Assembly (NCBI GenBank): GCA_965216785.1
Contig: OZ244197.1
Span: 1,632,001 to 1,696,000, forward strand
Length of the DNA stretch: 64,000 nt
DNA from: Thermodesulfobacteriota bacterium
GTDB lineage: Bacteria; Desulfobacterota_D; UBA1144; Nemesobacterales; UBA2774
Direction of reading: 5' to 3'
The notes below the pieces were generated by a model. That model saw only the letters and a program-made list of their open reading frames with translations, had not been told where the DNA came from and made no database searches. Below, piece by piece: positions 39,679 to 49,741 of this stretch. Positions within the stretch are counted from its first letter, which is position 1, and each line of letters begins with the position of its first letter. The position numbers and the translations under genes were made by a program.

Positions 39679-42600
39679 ATGGGTGATACATTGAAGTACG
39701 GTCGGGAGAAAAACCTGCGTTTAAATCCGCTTGACGCTATTTGGAATCCAGAGTGTCAGATTCCATGTATTGTCATATACCCGGAGGAAATTGAGGAATC
39801 CAGGCTTAAACTCCTGTTGGAGCCGCTTACCGATGTGCTTTCTGAAAAAGGTTTCAAGCTCCGCTCTGTATCAGAAGAGTCGTTACAAGGTGGGGAGTTA
39901 GAGAATGCTGCAAGGGACTGCGCGCTTGGCCTGCTTATACTAAGCGGGCCGGGTCAGGGTCTCCAGTATTTTTCCGGTTATTTAAAAGGAAAAGGGAAAT
40001 TTGTTCTTAGCATCCGCGATCAAATTGGTGAAACCATTGAAGGGCGGGGCCCCGCGTCTGAACCGAGCAGAGATACCCAGTCTGATCAATTAGCAGCGAA
40101 TTCAAGCTTAAATCTTAATGAGATCAGTGTAGATAGCTCTTCAGCAGTTTCTTCGTCTGAGAACCCGGCTTGTAAAATCGGGGATGAATTCGGTTCTTTT
40201 GTTCCGGCTGTTCTAGAAAGCTATATCTCGGAGCTGACCAAGACCTACAACTCCATGGACCCCGAGCTGTATACAGCACTCAGGGAACTGGCCCAAGAAA
40301 TAGCCACTTATTTCACGAAAACTCAAGAGTACGAGATAGGCGATTTGGATAATGCCCGTGATCTGCTTGACGAATGGGAAAAGAGATCGGGGCGAAGCAC
40401 TCCGTTTCAAATCCACACGATGCTCGCGGCGCTTTATGCCAATCAAGCTGTTACTGAAACAGATTCAGAGAAAAATGAATGTTATAGCAAATGCGCACAA
40501 ATATATGAGAATATATCTTCAGATGAGATGGATACCGCGCTCTATTCGTGCTTTAAGATAAGACAGGCAGAAATACTCTTACTATCTCTGCTCGATAATG
40601 AGAATAAAGATAAAATTGAAAAGGCCGTTAAGCTATTTAAGGAGGGGCTTGATTATTTCGGTAAAGATAAGGACGCTCTAATATTCGCTTTTTTAAATCA
40701 GGTGCTAGGAGAGGCCTATGAAGTATTAGCCGGATTTGGTGAGACTAAGCAGGCTAAAGAAGTAAACTACAAGAAATCGCTTACTTATGTAAAGAGCGCG
40801 CTTGAGGTATATAGTCCCTCAGAGTTTCAATCCGAATATTCTACACTTATGAATCTGCAGGGTCGGGTGCTCAGCGCTCTGGGAGAATGCGATAACAGCA
40901 GTGAGTGGATTGCCGAGGCGATTAATACCTTGAAGGAGGCGCTCAGGTTCATTGCACCTGAGCATTCACTTGAGGCATATGCCGAAGCTCATATAAACCT
41001 TGGGAATGCATACCGCGCGCAGGCGGAGATTGAGGTATCCGCCGAGAGCTGCATTTTGGCCATAGAAGCATACGAGAAAGCGCTTCAGGTTTACACGGAC
41101 GGGGGTTTTGAGCTTGAGTCCGCGCTTATATACAACAACCTAGGCGCTTCTTATGATATGCTGGCTCAGATAGAAGAGAGCGCCGAGAGCTGTGGCTTGG
41201 CTATTGAAAGCTTTGAGGAAGCTTTAAAGTTCTATTCAATTACCGAGTATCCTGACCAGTTTTCTACAACACAAAACAACATCGCAAACGCGTACGGCAC
41301 TCTGGCAGAGCTTGAAAATAAAGCTCAAAACTGCGAAAAAGCCCTACAATGCTACAAAGAATCACTCAAGGTTAGGACTCTTGAGCGAGACCCATGTGAG
41401 TACGCGATGACACAGAATAACCTGGGTGTGGTTTACAGCACGCTAGCGGAGATCAAGGACAAGGAAGAAAACAGCTTTAATGCCGTGAGCGCTTATTCTG
41501 AAGCCCTGAATGTATACAGCACATCCGAGCACTCTTTAGAGCGCGCGATGATATCCAATAATCTAGCCGATGCGTACTTGGTATTATCAGAGGTGCGGGA
41601 TACGGCGCCGAATTTGAAGAATGCTGTCGAGTGGTATCTGGAAGCCCTTACGGTTTATAACGAAGATGAGAAACCACTGAATTCTACGATAATACATAAG
41701 AAACTGGGAGACGCGCTTTTTAGGCTTTCAGAGCTTGAAGGTGGTACGGAGTACGCGAAAGAATCCGCTTCTTCTTATGAGCGCGCGCTTCAAAGTTATA
41801 GCAGAGAAGAGTATCCGATAGAATACGCGCGGATAAAGATGAACAAGGGGCGGATATTCTCAGGCGTAGCTCTCCGTGAAGGGAACCCCGGGGGTTATGG
41901 GAGAGTTTTTGAAGCCTTTGGCGACGCACTCTCCGTATTCAATAGAGAGGAGTTCCCAGAGGAGTATGTAAAGCTGAAGCTCTTTAAGGGGGATGCTTAC
42001 GCCGGGCTCTCAGGCATAGACGATAGATATCAGAATTTGGAGAATGCGCTTGAACAGTACGAATCCGCTCTACAAGTTTGTGATTCTATCGATTCTAAGG
42101 AGACGTTTGTTCAGGTAAATAATAAAATAGGGCAGTGCCGCATCGACATGTCGATCGTAAAGGACTCAGGGGAGAATTGCGAAAGAGCCATAGAGGCGTT
42201 TTCTCGGGCGCTTGAGCGCGTGAGCCCTGAGGAGCAACCTCTTGAGCATGCACTAATTAAGAACAATTTGGCCACGGCCCATGGGCAGCTCGGGCACTCT
42301 GGTGAGGGCGATAAATTTATGGAGCTCGCATTGTCCGGATTTGAAGACGCTGCCTTAAATCTTAAGACATTTAGCGCTCAGGGCAGCAATGCTCGGACAC
42401 TTTATTCAAAAACCCTTGGGAATCTGGGGGCTATTTACAATAAATGCTCTCTCACAGACGATCCCGGGAGTAATCTCAAAAAATCTATTGAATTGCTGCA
42501 AGAGGCGCTTTCAGTAATTAGCCTTGAAATAAACCCGCTTGAGTACGCGCGGTTAAAGAATAACCTCGGAAGCTCCTACTTTAAGCTCGCAGAAGTGGAA

Positions 42601-45600
42601 GAGGGCAAAAAGAACTACTCACACGCGATCGAGTTATACAAAGACGCCCTCGACGTTTATTCACAGAGGGCCGGAGTTGAAAGCGCTCTCGTGAATAACA
42701 ACCTTGGTAATACCTATCTATCGATCTCAGAGTACGAGGAAAGCGGATCGAGCGTAGAAAAGGCGCTCGCCTGCTTTAACGAAGCAATTTCCCTCACGGA
42801 TGAGGGGGAGCAGCCGCAGAGATTCTCGCTAATTAAAACAAACATAGGCCGCGCGTATACTAAAATGGCTTTAACGGATAACCACGAGGAAGATTATGCC
42901 TCCGCTGTGGATGCTTACGAGGAATCTCTGCGTGTTTATACGAAAGAGGAATTTCCCTCTGAGTATACGGCAGCAAGAAGAAACATAGCAATCTTGCTTA
43001 TGCTCCGCTGTGAATTTACGAAAACTGAGGAAGAGTGCGTATCTCTTTCCGAGAAGGCTCTTCAAATATTTGAGGAGGTTCTCGCCCAATTTAGCGCTGA
43101 TCAAAACAATCAATACGGAATTATACGAGCGGCAATGGGTGACGCGCATATGTTTATAAGCTCTCTCAAAGAAAAAGAATCTCACGAGAAGAGCGCGGCA
43201 GAGTGCTATGAGGACGCTCTCGGAAGTTTTCCTGTTGAAAGCTTCCCGGAGCATTATCTGGAGCTGATTCAAAGACTCGAATCGCTCTGTGGAAGCAGCG
43301 AAGATTTAGAGTGCCATGATCCCCAAAGCGTGATTGAGTTCTGCGCAAAGGCGCTGGCGGTATACAAGTTTGATGAGTACCCCTATGAGTATGCATCCAC
43401 ACATAAGAAGCTCGGCAGGGCATACAAAAATTTTGGAGATGCAGCGGGGGATCAGAATTACAAAGAAGCTGTAAATTCATTTGAGGAAGCGCTCAGGGGC
43501 TACACCGTAATGGGTGATAAAAACGAGTGCGGGCAGCTCAACAAAGAGCTTGGCGACATATATTCGGAGATTGCACATTTAAGCAATTCGCCCTCTGAAT
43601 ACCAAAAGGCGATATCACATTATGACGAGTCCCTCAAAGTGTTTACGGCACAGGGATATCCGGAGCTTTATGGAGAGGTTAAGAAGAGCCTGGGGGCGGC
43701 CTACGGTGCGCTCGGCGGCAACCAAGACGGAGATGAAAACTACCTGCTTGAGCTTGACTCATACAATAAAGCGCTAGGGGTATTTACTCGCGAGGAATAT
43801 TTTGAGGAGTATAAGGAGCTCAGAAAAAGGATGGGCGGCGTATACGCTATGCTTGCGGGAGCAAAGGGCGAGCTTGAAGACCATGCGGGTGCGCTCGAGC
43901 ATTACACAGAAGCGCTTAAGGTATTTAATTTTGAGGAATTCCCCGAAGAGTACGGGCAATACAAAAGGGAGCTTGCCCAGATACTTGAGAAAGCAGGCCG
44001 CGCAAATAATGATCTTAATAGTATTAAGGACGCTTTGAATGAATTCAGGGACTCTCTCAGATTTTATACCGAAAGTGAGCGCCCACAAGAGTACGCTCAA
44101 ATTACGGATGATATTAAAGGTCTATATAAATTCCTAAGCGAATTTGACGCGGGCGGGGGCGAGGGTGCCCGCTCAGTCTATCAGGAGATACTGGAGATAT
44201 GCACCGAGGACGTCTCCGCTTACGAGCACGCGCTTCTTCAGATGAAGCTCGGCGACTCCTACCTAGGAGCTCCTCTCGGGGGCGGCACCGTGCCCGATAC
44301 AAGCACTGCATCACAAGAAGATTTGAGTTCTGCTTTGGAGTCATATGAAAGAGCGCTCGGTATATATGACGAGGAAAGGTATCCGCGCGAGCGGGCCTGT
44401 ATAAATTTTAGGCTTGGCGGTGTTTACAGCTCTTTATCCAAAGTGCGTGAAGAGGATGATAATCTTAAAAAAGCATTACAATCCTATATTGACTCGATTA
44501 AGTTCTATAAGCCCGAAGACTACTCTCAGGCCAATATGCAAGCCAGGGTTGAGATTGCCGACATATACGTAAAATTGGGTGAAAAACAACTGGAGGCCGA
44601 TGATTTAACCGGGTCGCTCGAATATTTTGAGAAGGTTTCGGATATCTACGCAGCCGAAGAATTTCCCGAAGAATCGGCTAATCTGAAAAGACGAATAGGC
44701 GGTATATATGAGAAGCTTGCAGAGCAAAGCGACAGAGCCGAAAACCTTGAATCTGCGGTGCTCTGCTACGAAGACTCGCTTTCTTACTTTAACCAGAGCG
44801 CGCACCCACAAGATTACGGCAATATTACTAAAACCTTAGCCGGGCATTACTTTGAAATAGCGCAGGACCGTAAAGACCATGAGATATATAAAAAGTCTAT
44901 CGACCTGGCTGAACAGTCACTCACACAGTTTACATTGGAAAACAATCCTTCAGAGTACGCCTCACTCTATAAAATGATAGGGGACGCATTATCTGAAATC
45001 GGGTCTGCCGAGGAAAATATTGAGTGGCTGCAAAAGAGAGTGGATTCGTACGCGCAAGCGCAAAGGGGTTACGAATCGGAAGGTCAATCGGCCCCGGACA
45101 GCGCCTTCAGAAAAGAGCTCGGAGCCGCTTACAAAGCTTTGGCTGGAGCACAGCTGGAGCACGGAGAGCTAAAAGAGAGCGCTTCGAATTACAGCCTTGC
45201 TCTTGAGCTCTGTCAAGATTCAGACGATGTAGCTGAGCAAGCTGTCTTATCTCTTGAGCTTGGCTCAGTGTACCAAAAGCTCGCGCTTAAAGAAGATACG
45301 GCAAATAATTCAAAGACGGCCTTACAGTACTACAAAAACGCGCGGAAATTCTCTGAAAATTCGGAAGATCGGAATATTTCACACGGCATAAATGACAAAC
45401 TTGAGGGGATATACGATATGTTGAGTAATTACACACACGCACAGGCAGAGACCGGTACGAGTCCAGAGGCGGAGTACCTTGAAATATTAACAATATGCAC
45501 CAAAGATGACGCTCCCGAGCAATATGCCTCTATTCAGAGGAATCTAGGGAATTTCTACCGGGAGCTTCTGGAGGAAGACCCAGTCCCGGCTACAGCAGAG

Positions 45601-48147
45601 AAGGCTCTTAGTGCCTACGGAGAAGCAGCACAAGTGTACGAGAGCTTGGGTATAGAAGACGCATACAAAGAAACATTGGCCGATGAGGCATCTGTGAAGA
45701 ATATTCTCGCGGATCAAAGCTTGGAAGAAGGTATGTTCGAAGAGGCTCTGTCGGTATACCGGCAGTCACAGGATCTATATGATTCCCTTGAGCTCGGTGA
45801 GGAATACGCCCGCGCGCAGCTTAAGATCGGGAATGTGTACATGCGCCGGGGGGAAACACTTGAAGAGGCCGCTCTTGGGGGCTCCGACAAAGATGCTTAT
45901 GACAAGGCGGTAGACGCGTATACCGATGCGCTTGGAATTTACAGCGAAGCCCTAAACCCGCAGGAGTACGGCTCGGCGCATATGAAATTGAGCTCATTAT
46001 ATTTACATATGGGAGAGCGAGAGAGAAGTGTCGATTTATTTAACAAGGCTATCGGCACGTGCCGTGAAGCACTGCGCGTGTTCAGCCCTGAGGATTATCC
46101 CGAGCGTCATATGGAGATTCAGAACAATATCGTTCGGGCATACGAGGCTATTACCGAGCTTAATAACAAAGAACCTGAAAAGAGCGCTAAAACTGAGGAG
46201 CCTGAGCAGGAAGCAAATGCGTTTGAGGATAAACCGCTGCTTCAAGTAGTTAAGTCCCAAGATTTAGAAGAGTCTGAGGAAATAATTAAATCTGATGATG
46301 TAGTTGACGCGGAGGAAGTAGTTGAACCCCAAGAAGAAGTTAAGTCTCAGGAGCCCGATCAAGACGATAAAGTAGAGTCTATGCCGCAGGCAGTTCTTGC
46401 CGCTGCATCTTCGGGCGACTCGGGTGTGGACGCGGTCATTGAGGAGCGCCAGTTCAGTGATTCGAATCAAGCAATTGAGTATTATACGAAAGCGCTGCTG
46501 ACAGAGACAATCCAAACAGCACCCGAGCAGTACGGGTGGATAAAGTCCAGGCTTGGAGGTCTTTATACCGAAGTCGCCAAGGAAACAGGCTCTGCGAATA
46601 ACTACAGGAGAGCGGTTAAGTCCTACGAGGAATCACTTGAGGTTTACAGCCCCGAGGATTATCCCGAGAAGTACGGCAATGTTCAGACAAAAATAGCTGA
46701 GTCTATGAAGATGCTCGCCGATCACTCGGGCGATCTGAAGAGCTACCAAAAGGCTCTTGAAGCCTACATGCGCGCTCTCACCGTATTTGGCATGAAAGAT
46801 CATCCTGACAAATATGGCAACTTGCAGATGAATATCGGCAGCACGTACAGCACAATAGCCGAGATATCGGGTAATCCGGAGGAATATCAAAACGCTATAG
46901 CGGCCTACGCTGAGGCGCTTAAGGCTTTTGGTGATGGACAATACGTGAAAGAATACAGTGCAGTTCAAAGGAAAATCGGAATAGTTTACGGGATAGTCGC
47001 CCAGGTTGACGGCAATATGGAGTATCAGCAAAAAGCAGTAGACGCCTACACAGAGGCGCTAAAATATTACACACATGATACTGCTCCTTCGAAGTACGGA
47101 GAGCTGTCCAAATTTCTCGGGATTGCCTACGGTAATTTAGCTTCAGAGAGCGAAGACATAGATACTTTAAAACTTGCGGTACAGTCCTATGGGGATGCGC
47201 TCAAGTTTTATACGGAAGAAAGTAGCCCCGCTGATTACGGGCTTATTCAAAAGAACATGGGGAACGCATGCGAAATGCTATCCCGCAAAGAACCCACTTC
47301 CCAAAATACAAAGAACGCAGCCCAGGCCTATCAGGAAGCGCTTAAATATTACAGGTACGACAACCACCCACAAGAGTACGCTTCGATAGAGAGCAGCCTC
47401 GGGGGTCTGTATAAGGCTCTTGCGGAGACCGAGGACCAGGTCCAGAGCTTAAGGAGAGCCATAGAGTCCTATGAGCAGGTACTGAGAGTGTTCGACATAA
47501 AAGAGTCTCCCCTCGAATACGCGGCTACCCAGAACAACATCGGAATTGTCTACAGAACGCTTGCTGAAGCTGAGGAGAAGGGAAAGAACTGCAAGCGTGC
47601 GATAAACGCTTATAAAGAGGCACTTAAGATTTACAGCCGCTCAAGCTACCCCGATCAGTACGGCTCGACCCAGACAAATCTGGGGAGTGCTTACAGGACA
47701 CTTGCCGAGGTTGAGGAGAAAGAGGTTAACTGCCGCCACGCGCTCAGGGCATTTGAAGAAGCGCTCAAGGTGAGGACGATTAAAGAGCAGCCGCTTCAAT
47801 TCGCTGCCACACAGAATAACCTGGGCGTCGTTTACAGGACGCTCGGTGAAAGGGAAGACAGGGCGAAAAACTCTAAAAAGGCGATAGACGCCTATGAGAC
47901 CGCTCTCATCATATATACCATAGACAGATACCCCATTCAGTACGCCTCGACCCAGAACAATATAGGCGCCGCCTTCACAACGCTCGCCGAGGTCGAGAAT
48001 AAGGACGAGAACTGTGAGAAGGCCATAAACGCCTACACCGAGGCGCTTAAGATCTTCACCGAAGCCCGCTTCCCGGGCCCGCACAAGCTGGTCTCGACCA
48101 ACCTCAAGCTTCTTAAAGACTTCTGCAGTAATGACTGCGAAGATTAG
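39679..48147 (+). CDS. giant tetratricopeptide-like repeat protein (2822 aa) with an N-terminal alpha/beta domain
   Basis: Dozens of ~47-aa repeats (PxxYAxTQNNLGxxYxxLA...AIxAYxEALKxY); uninterrupted ORF; no signal peptide. Confidence 0.9.
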   Translation: MGDTLKYGREKNLRLNPLDAIWNPECQIPCIVIYPEEIEESRLKLLLEPLTDVLSEKGFKLRSVSEESLQGGELENAARDCALGLLILSGPGQGLQYFSGYLKGKGKFVLSIRDQIGETIEGRGPASEPSRDTQSDQLAANSSLNLNEISVDSSSAVSSSENPACKIGDEFGSFVPAVLESYISELTKTYNSMDPELYTALRELAQEIATYFTKTQEYEIGDLDNARDLLDEWEKRSGRSTPFQIHTMLAALYANQAVTETDSEKNECYSKCAQIYENISSDEMDTALYSCFKIRQAEILLLSLLDNENKDKIEKAVKLFKEGLDYFGKDKDALIFAFLNQVLGEAYEVLAGFGETKQAKEVNYKKSLTYVKSALEVYSPSEFQSEYSTLMNLQGRVLSALGECDNSSEWIAEAINTLKEALRFIAPEHSLEAYAEAHINLGNAYRAQAEIEVSAESCILAIEAYEKALQVYTDGGFELESALIYNNLGASYDMLAQIEESAESCGLAIESFEEALKFYSITEYPDQFSTTQNNIANAYGTLAELENKAQNCEKALQCYKESLKVRTLERDPCEYAMTQNNLGVVYSTLAEIKDKEENSFNAVSAYSEALNVYSTSEHSLERAMISNNLADAYLVLSEVRDTAPNLKNAVEWYLEALTVYNEDEKPLNSTIIHKKLGDALFRLSELEGGTEYAKESASSYERALQSYSREEYPIEYARIKMNKGRIFSGVALREGNPGGYGRVFEAFGDALSVFNREEFPEEYVKLKLFKGDAYAGLSGIDDRYQNLENALEQYESALQVCDSIDSKETFVQVNNKIGQCRIDMSIVKDSGENCERAIEAFSRALERVSPEEQPLEHALIKNNLATAHGQLGHSGEGDKFMELALSGFEDAALNLKTFSAQGSNARTLYSKTLGNLGAIYNKCSLTDDPGSNLKKSIELLQEALSVISLEINPLEYARLKNNLGSSYFKLAEVEEGKKNYSHAIELYKDALDVYSQRAGVESALVNNNLGNTYLSISEYEESGSSVEKALACFNEAISLTDEGEQPQRFSLIKTNIGRAYTKMALTDNHEEDYASAVDAYEESLRVYTKEEFPSEYTAARRNIAILLMLRCEFTKTEEECVSLSEKALQIFEEVLAQFSADQNNQYGIIRAAMGDAHMFISSLKEKESHEKSAAECYEDALGSFPVESFPEHYLELIQRLESLCGSSEDLECHDPQSVIEFCAKALAVYKFDEYPYEYASTHKKLGRAYKNFGDAAGDQNYKEAVNSFEEALRGYTVMGDKNECGQLNKELGDIYSEIAHLSNSPSEYQKAISHYDESLKVFTAQGYPELYGEVKKSLGAAYGALGGNQDGDENYLLELDSYNKALGVFTREEYFEEYKELRKRMGGVYAMLAGAKGELEDHAGALEHYTEALKVFNFEEFPEEYGQYKRELAQILEKAGRANNDLNSIKDALNEFRDSLRFYTESERPQEYAQITDDIKGLYKFLSEFDAGGGEGARSVYQEILEICTEDVSAYEHALLQMKLGDSYLGAPLGGGTVPDTSTASQEDLSSALESYERALGIYDEERYPRERACINFRLGGVYSSLSKVREEDDNLKKALQSYIDSIKFYKPEDYSQANMQARVEIADIYVKLGEKQLEADDLTGSLEYFEKVSDIYAAEEFPEESANLKRRIGGIYEKLAEQSDRAENLESAVLCYEDSLSYFNQSAHPQDYGNITKTLAGHYFEIAQDRKDHEIYKKSIDLAEQSLTQFTLENNPSEYASLYKMIGDALSEIGSAEENIEWLQKRVDSYAQAQRGYESEGQSAPDSAFRKELGAAYKALAGAQLEHGELKESASNYSLALELCQDSDDVAEQAVLSLELGSVYQKLALKEDTANNSKTALQYYKNARKFSENSEDRNISHGINDKLEGIYDMLSNYTHAQAETGTSPEAEYLEILTICTKDDAPEQYASIQRNLGNFYRELLEEDPVPATAEKALSAYGEAAQVYESLGIEDAYKETLADEASVKNILADQSLEEGMFEEALSVYRQSQDLYDSLELGEEYARAQLKIGNVYMRRGETLEEAALGGSDKDAYDKAVDAYTDALGIYSEALNPQEYGSAHMKLSSLYLHMGERERSVDLFNKAIGTCREALRVFSPEDYPERHMEIQNNIVRAYEAITELNNKEPEKSAKTEEPEQEANAFEDKPLLQVVKSQDLEESEEIIKSDDVVDAEEVVEPQEEVKSQEPDQDDKVESMPQAVLAAASSGDSGVDAVIEERQFSDSNQAIEYYTKALLTETIQTAPEQYGWIKSRLGGLYTEVAKETGSANNYRRAVKSYEESLEVYSPEDYPEKYGNVQTKIAESMKMLADHSGDLKSYQKALEAYMRALTVFGMKDHPDKYGNLQMNIGSTYSTIAEISGNPEEYQNAIAAYAEALKAFGDGQYVKEYSAVQRKIGIVYGIVAQVDGNMEYQQKAVDAYTEALKYYTHDTAPSKYGELSKFLGIAYGNLASESEDIDTLKLAVQSYGDALKFYTEESSPADYGLIQKNMGNACEMLSRKEPTSQNTKNAAQAYQEALKYYRYDNHPQEYASIESSLGGLYKALAETEDQVQSLRRAIESYEQVLRVFDIKESPLEYAATQNNIGIVYRTLAEAEEKGKNCKRAINAYKEALKIYSRSSYPDQYGSTQTNLGSAYRTLAEVEEKEVNCRHALRAFEEALKVRTIKEQPLQFAATQNNLGVVYRTLGEREDRAKNSKKAIDAYETALIIYTIDRYPIQYASTQNNIGAAFTTLAEVENKDENCEKAINAYTEALKIFTEARFPGPHKLVSTNLKLLKDFCSNDCED

Positions 48148-48194
48148 AAGACCTGTATTTTCTTTATGAGTTTTATGTGCGACAATATAGCCCT

Positions 48195-48737
48195 ATGCAG
48201 AGATTCCTCGCAGTTCCTGCTTTAATACCGCTCTTACTATCCATACTATGGGTATTGCCTGCTATTCCTGCCGACCGGGACACGCTTATTGACATCACAG
48301 GGGTGGCTGTCATAGTGGAGGACATATCCGTAGACGCCGCAAGTGACGGTCTTAAACCCGAGTACTTGAAGACCCTTGTCGAGCAAAAGCTCGCTGACGC
48401 CGATATTATGGTGCTCGAGGAGCGCAAATGGTTCAGTGTCTTCGGGGGGGCGTATCTACTGGTTAAATTCATAGGCAGTAAATCACAGTCCGAGGACTAT
48501 TACATCGTTTTTGTCGACTTAGAGCTTTACCAGACTGTCGTGCTTTTCGGGAAGAAGCTTGGGGAGAACATAAACACCGCCGCCGCTACCTGGTCCACAG
48601 GAAAGCTCTTTACCTGCTCTGCGGAAAAGCTTAAGGAATGCGTTGGGGGCACTGTAGCGCAGCTCACTGATCTGTTCATCGAGGATTACAAGACCGTCAA
48701 CTCAGAGGAGCGGCGCAGGCAGGGCAAGAAGAAGTAA
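48195..48737 (+). CDS. hypothetical exported protein
   Basis: N-terminal hydrophobic segment; globular remainder; basic tail; start 48177 or 48195. Confidence 0.7.
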   Translation: MQRFLAVPALIPLLLSILWVLPAIPADRDTLIDITGVAVIVEDISVDAASDGLKPEYLKTLVEQKLADADIMVLEERKWFSVFGGAYLLVKFIGSKSQSEDYYIVFVDLELYQTVVLFGKKLGENINTAAATWSTGKLFTCSAEKLKECVGGTVAQLTDLFIEDYKTVNSEERRRQGKKK

Positions 48738-48742
48738 GAATA

Positions 48743-48767
48743 CCCCTTCAACCAAGGGGCTTGTCTT
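48743..48767 (+). terminator. possible intrinsic terminator
   Basis: CCCCTT-CAACC-AAGGGG then CTTGTCTT directly after the stop codon. Confidence 0.35.
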
Positions 48768-48877
48768 CGGCGGTTAGTCTTGTTCTCAATATATCTATTA
48801 CTCAATAAAGATAATGATTGATAGGGATATCTGTTTATGCTAGCATTTGATATTATCTAATAGTGGGAGGAGGAAAA

Positions 48878-49150
48878 ATGAAAAAAGGTATATCGATATT
48901 TACTGCAGTGTTATTCGTTATTAGCTTCCTCTTTTTAGCATTACCGAGTGGCGCTCAGGAAGATGTATCGGGCTGCTGTCAGTTCTTTATTGACGACGCG
49001 CCAGGGTGCATGTATCCGTCCTCACCTGACGGATGCGCAGGCGGTAAGCTCAAGGGCACTTTCCTTGAAGGCGAGAAGTGTGATATTGACACAGGCTATT
49101 GCTCGGGGTATCAAAAAGACGAGACAGCCCCATCAGAGTCCGGGGAATAG
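48878..49150 (+). CDS. small secreted Cys-rich protein (6 Cys)
   Basis: AGGAGG RBS; MKK signal peptide ending SGA; mature part CC-C-C-C-C. Confidence 0.75.
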   Translation: MKKGISIFTAVLFVISFLFLALPSGAQEDVSGCCQFFIDDAPGCMYPSSPDGCAGGKLKGTFLEGEKCDIDTGYCSGYQKDETAPSESGE

Positions 49151-49354
49151 CTAGAGTTTCTGCTCTGTGATCGCGGAGGTATTCTTATGATCACGGAAAT
49201 TATGAAATTCCGGCAGGAACGTTGGGCATTATAAGAATCCTTACAGTCAGGAATAGTAAAATGGCTGCGCAGTGGTTGCCTTGTCATCCCGGACCGTTTG
49301 ATGAACTCGATTCAGTATAGTTTCAGCATCTTATAACGTCTTACGTCGCAATCT

Positions 49355-49546
49355 TCACGGAGTTCTGCTGGATGAGTGTGGCTTTCTTATTAAGCCGAAA
49401 TATACGATAGGTACTAGGAGAAAAGCAAGGAGTATCGGCACGGCAATGAAAGGAATCGCAAAACTGAGCACGAACAAAGCAGCTAGAACCATACCGAATA
49501 TAACTGAAATAACAAAACTGAATCTATCCATATATCTCACCCCCAA
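49355..49546 (-). CDS. small hypothetical membrane protein
   Basis: Two hydrophobic segments and a basic tail; start may be the internal ATG (MDRF) after GGGGTG. Confidence 0.5.
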   Translation of the reverse strand: MGVRYMDRFSFVISVIFGMVLAALFVLSFAIPFIAVPILLAFLLVPIVYFGLIRKPHSSSRTP

Positions 49547-49741
49547 TTCTTGTTATTCCTACCTTAAATTATAGCACATTTCATGTGGTTTTAGTACTGC
49601 TATGTACCCCTTATTTATACCTCTTGATTTCCCTAACTGAAAAGCTTTTTACAGGAGATAACTATGCATTAATATTTCTTCCTTAAGTAATTGTGAGAAT
49701 ATGAGAGGGCTATGTAGTTATTTTTATGCTATATTATAGAA

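Noticed and set aside
47370-48100. Periodic DNA similarity suggesting a CRISPR or tandem array
   Set aside because: The ~141-bp period is explained by in-frame 47-aa protein repeats; there are no identical repeats with unique spacers
49280-49332. Fragments resembling REP elements (TGTCATCCCGGAC, TGAACTCGATTCAG, TTTCAGCATCT)
   Set aside because: Too degenerate to delimit or support as a feature
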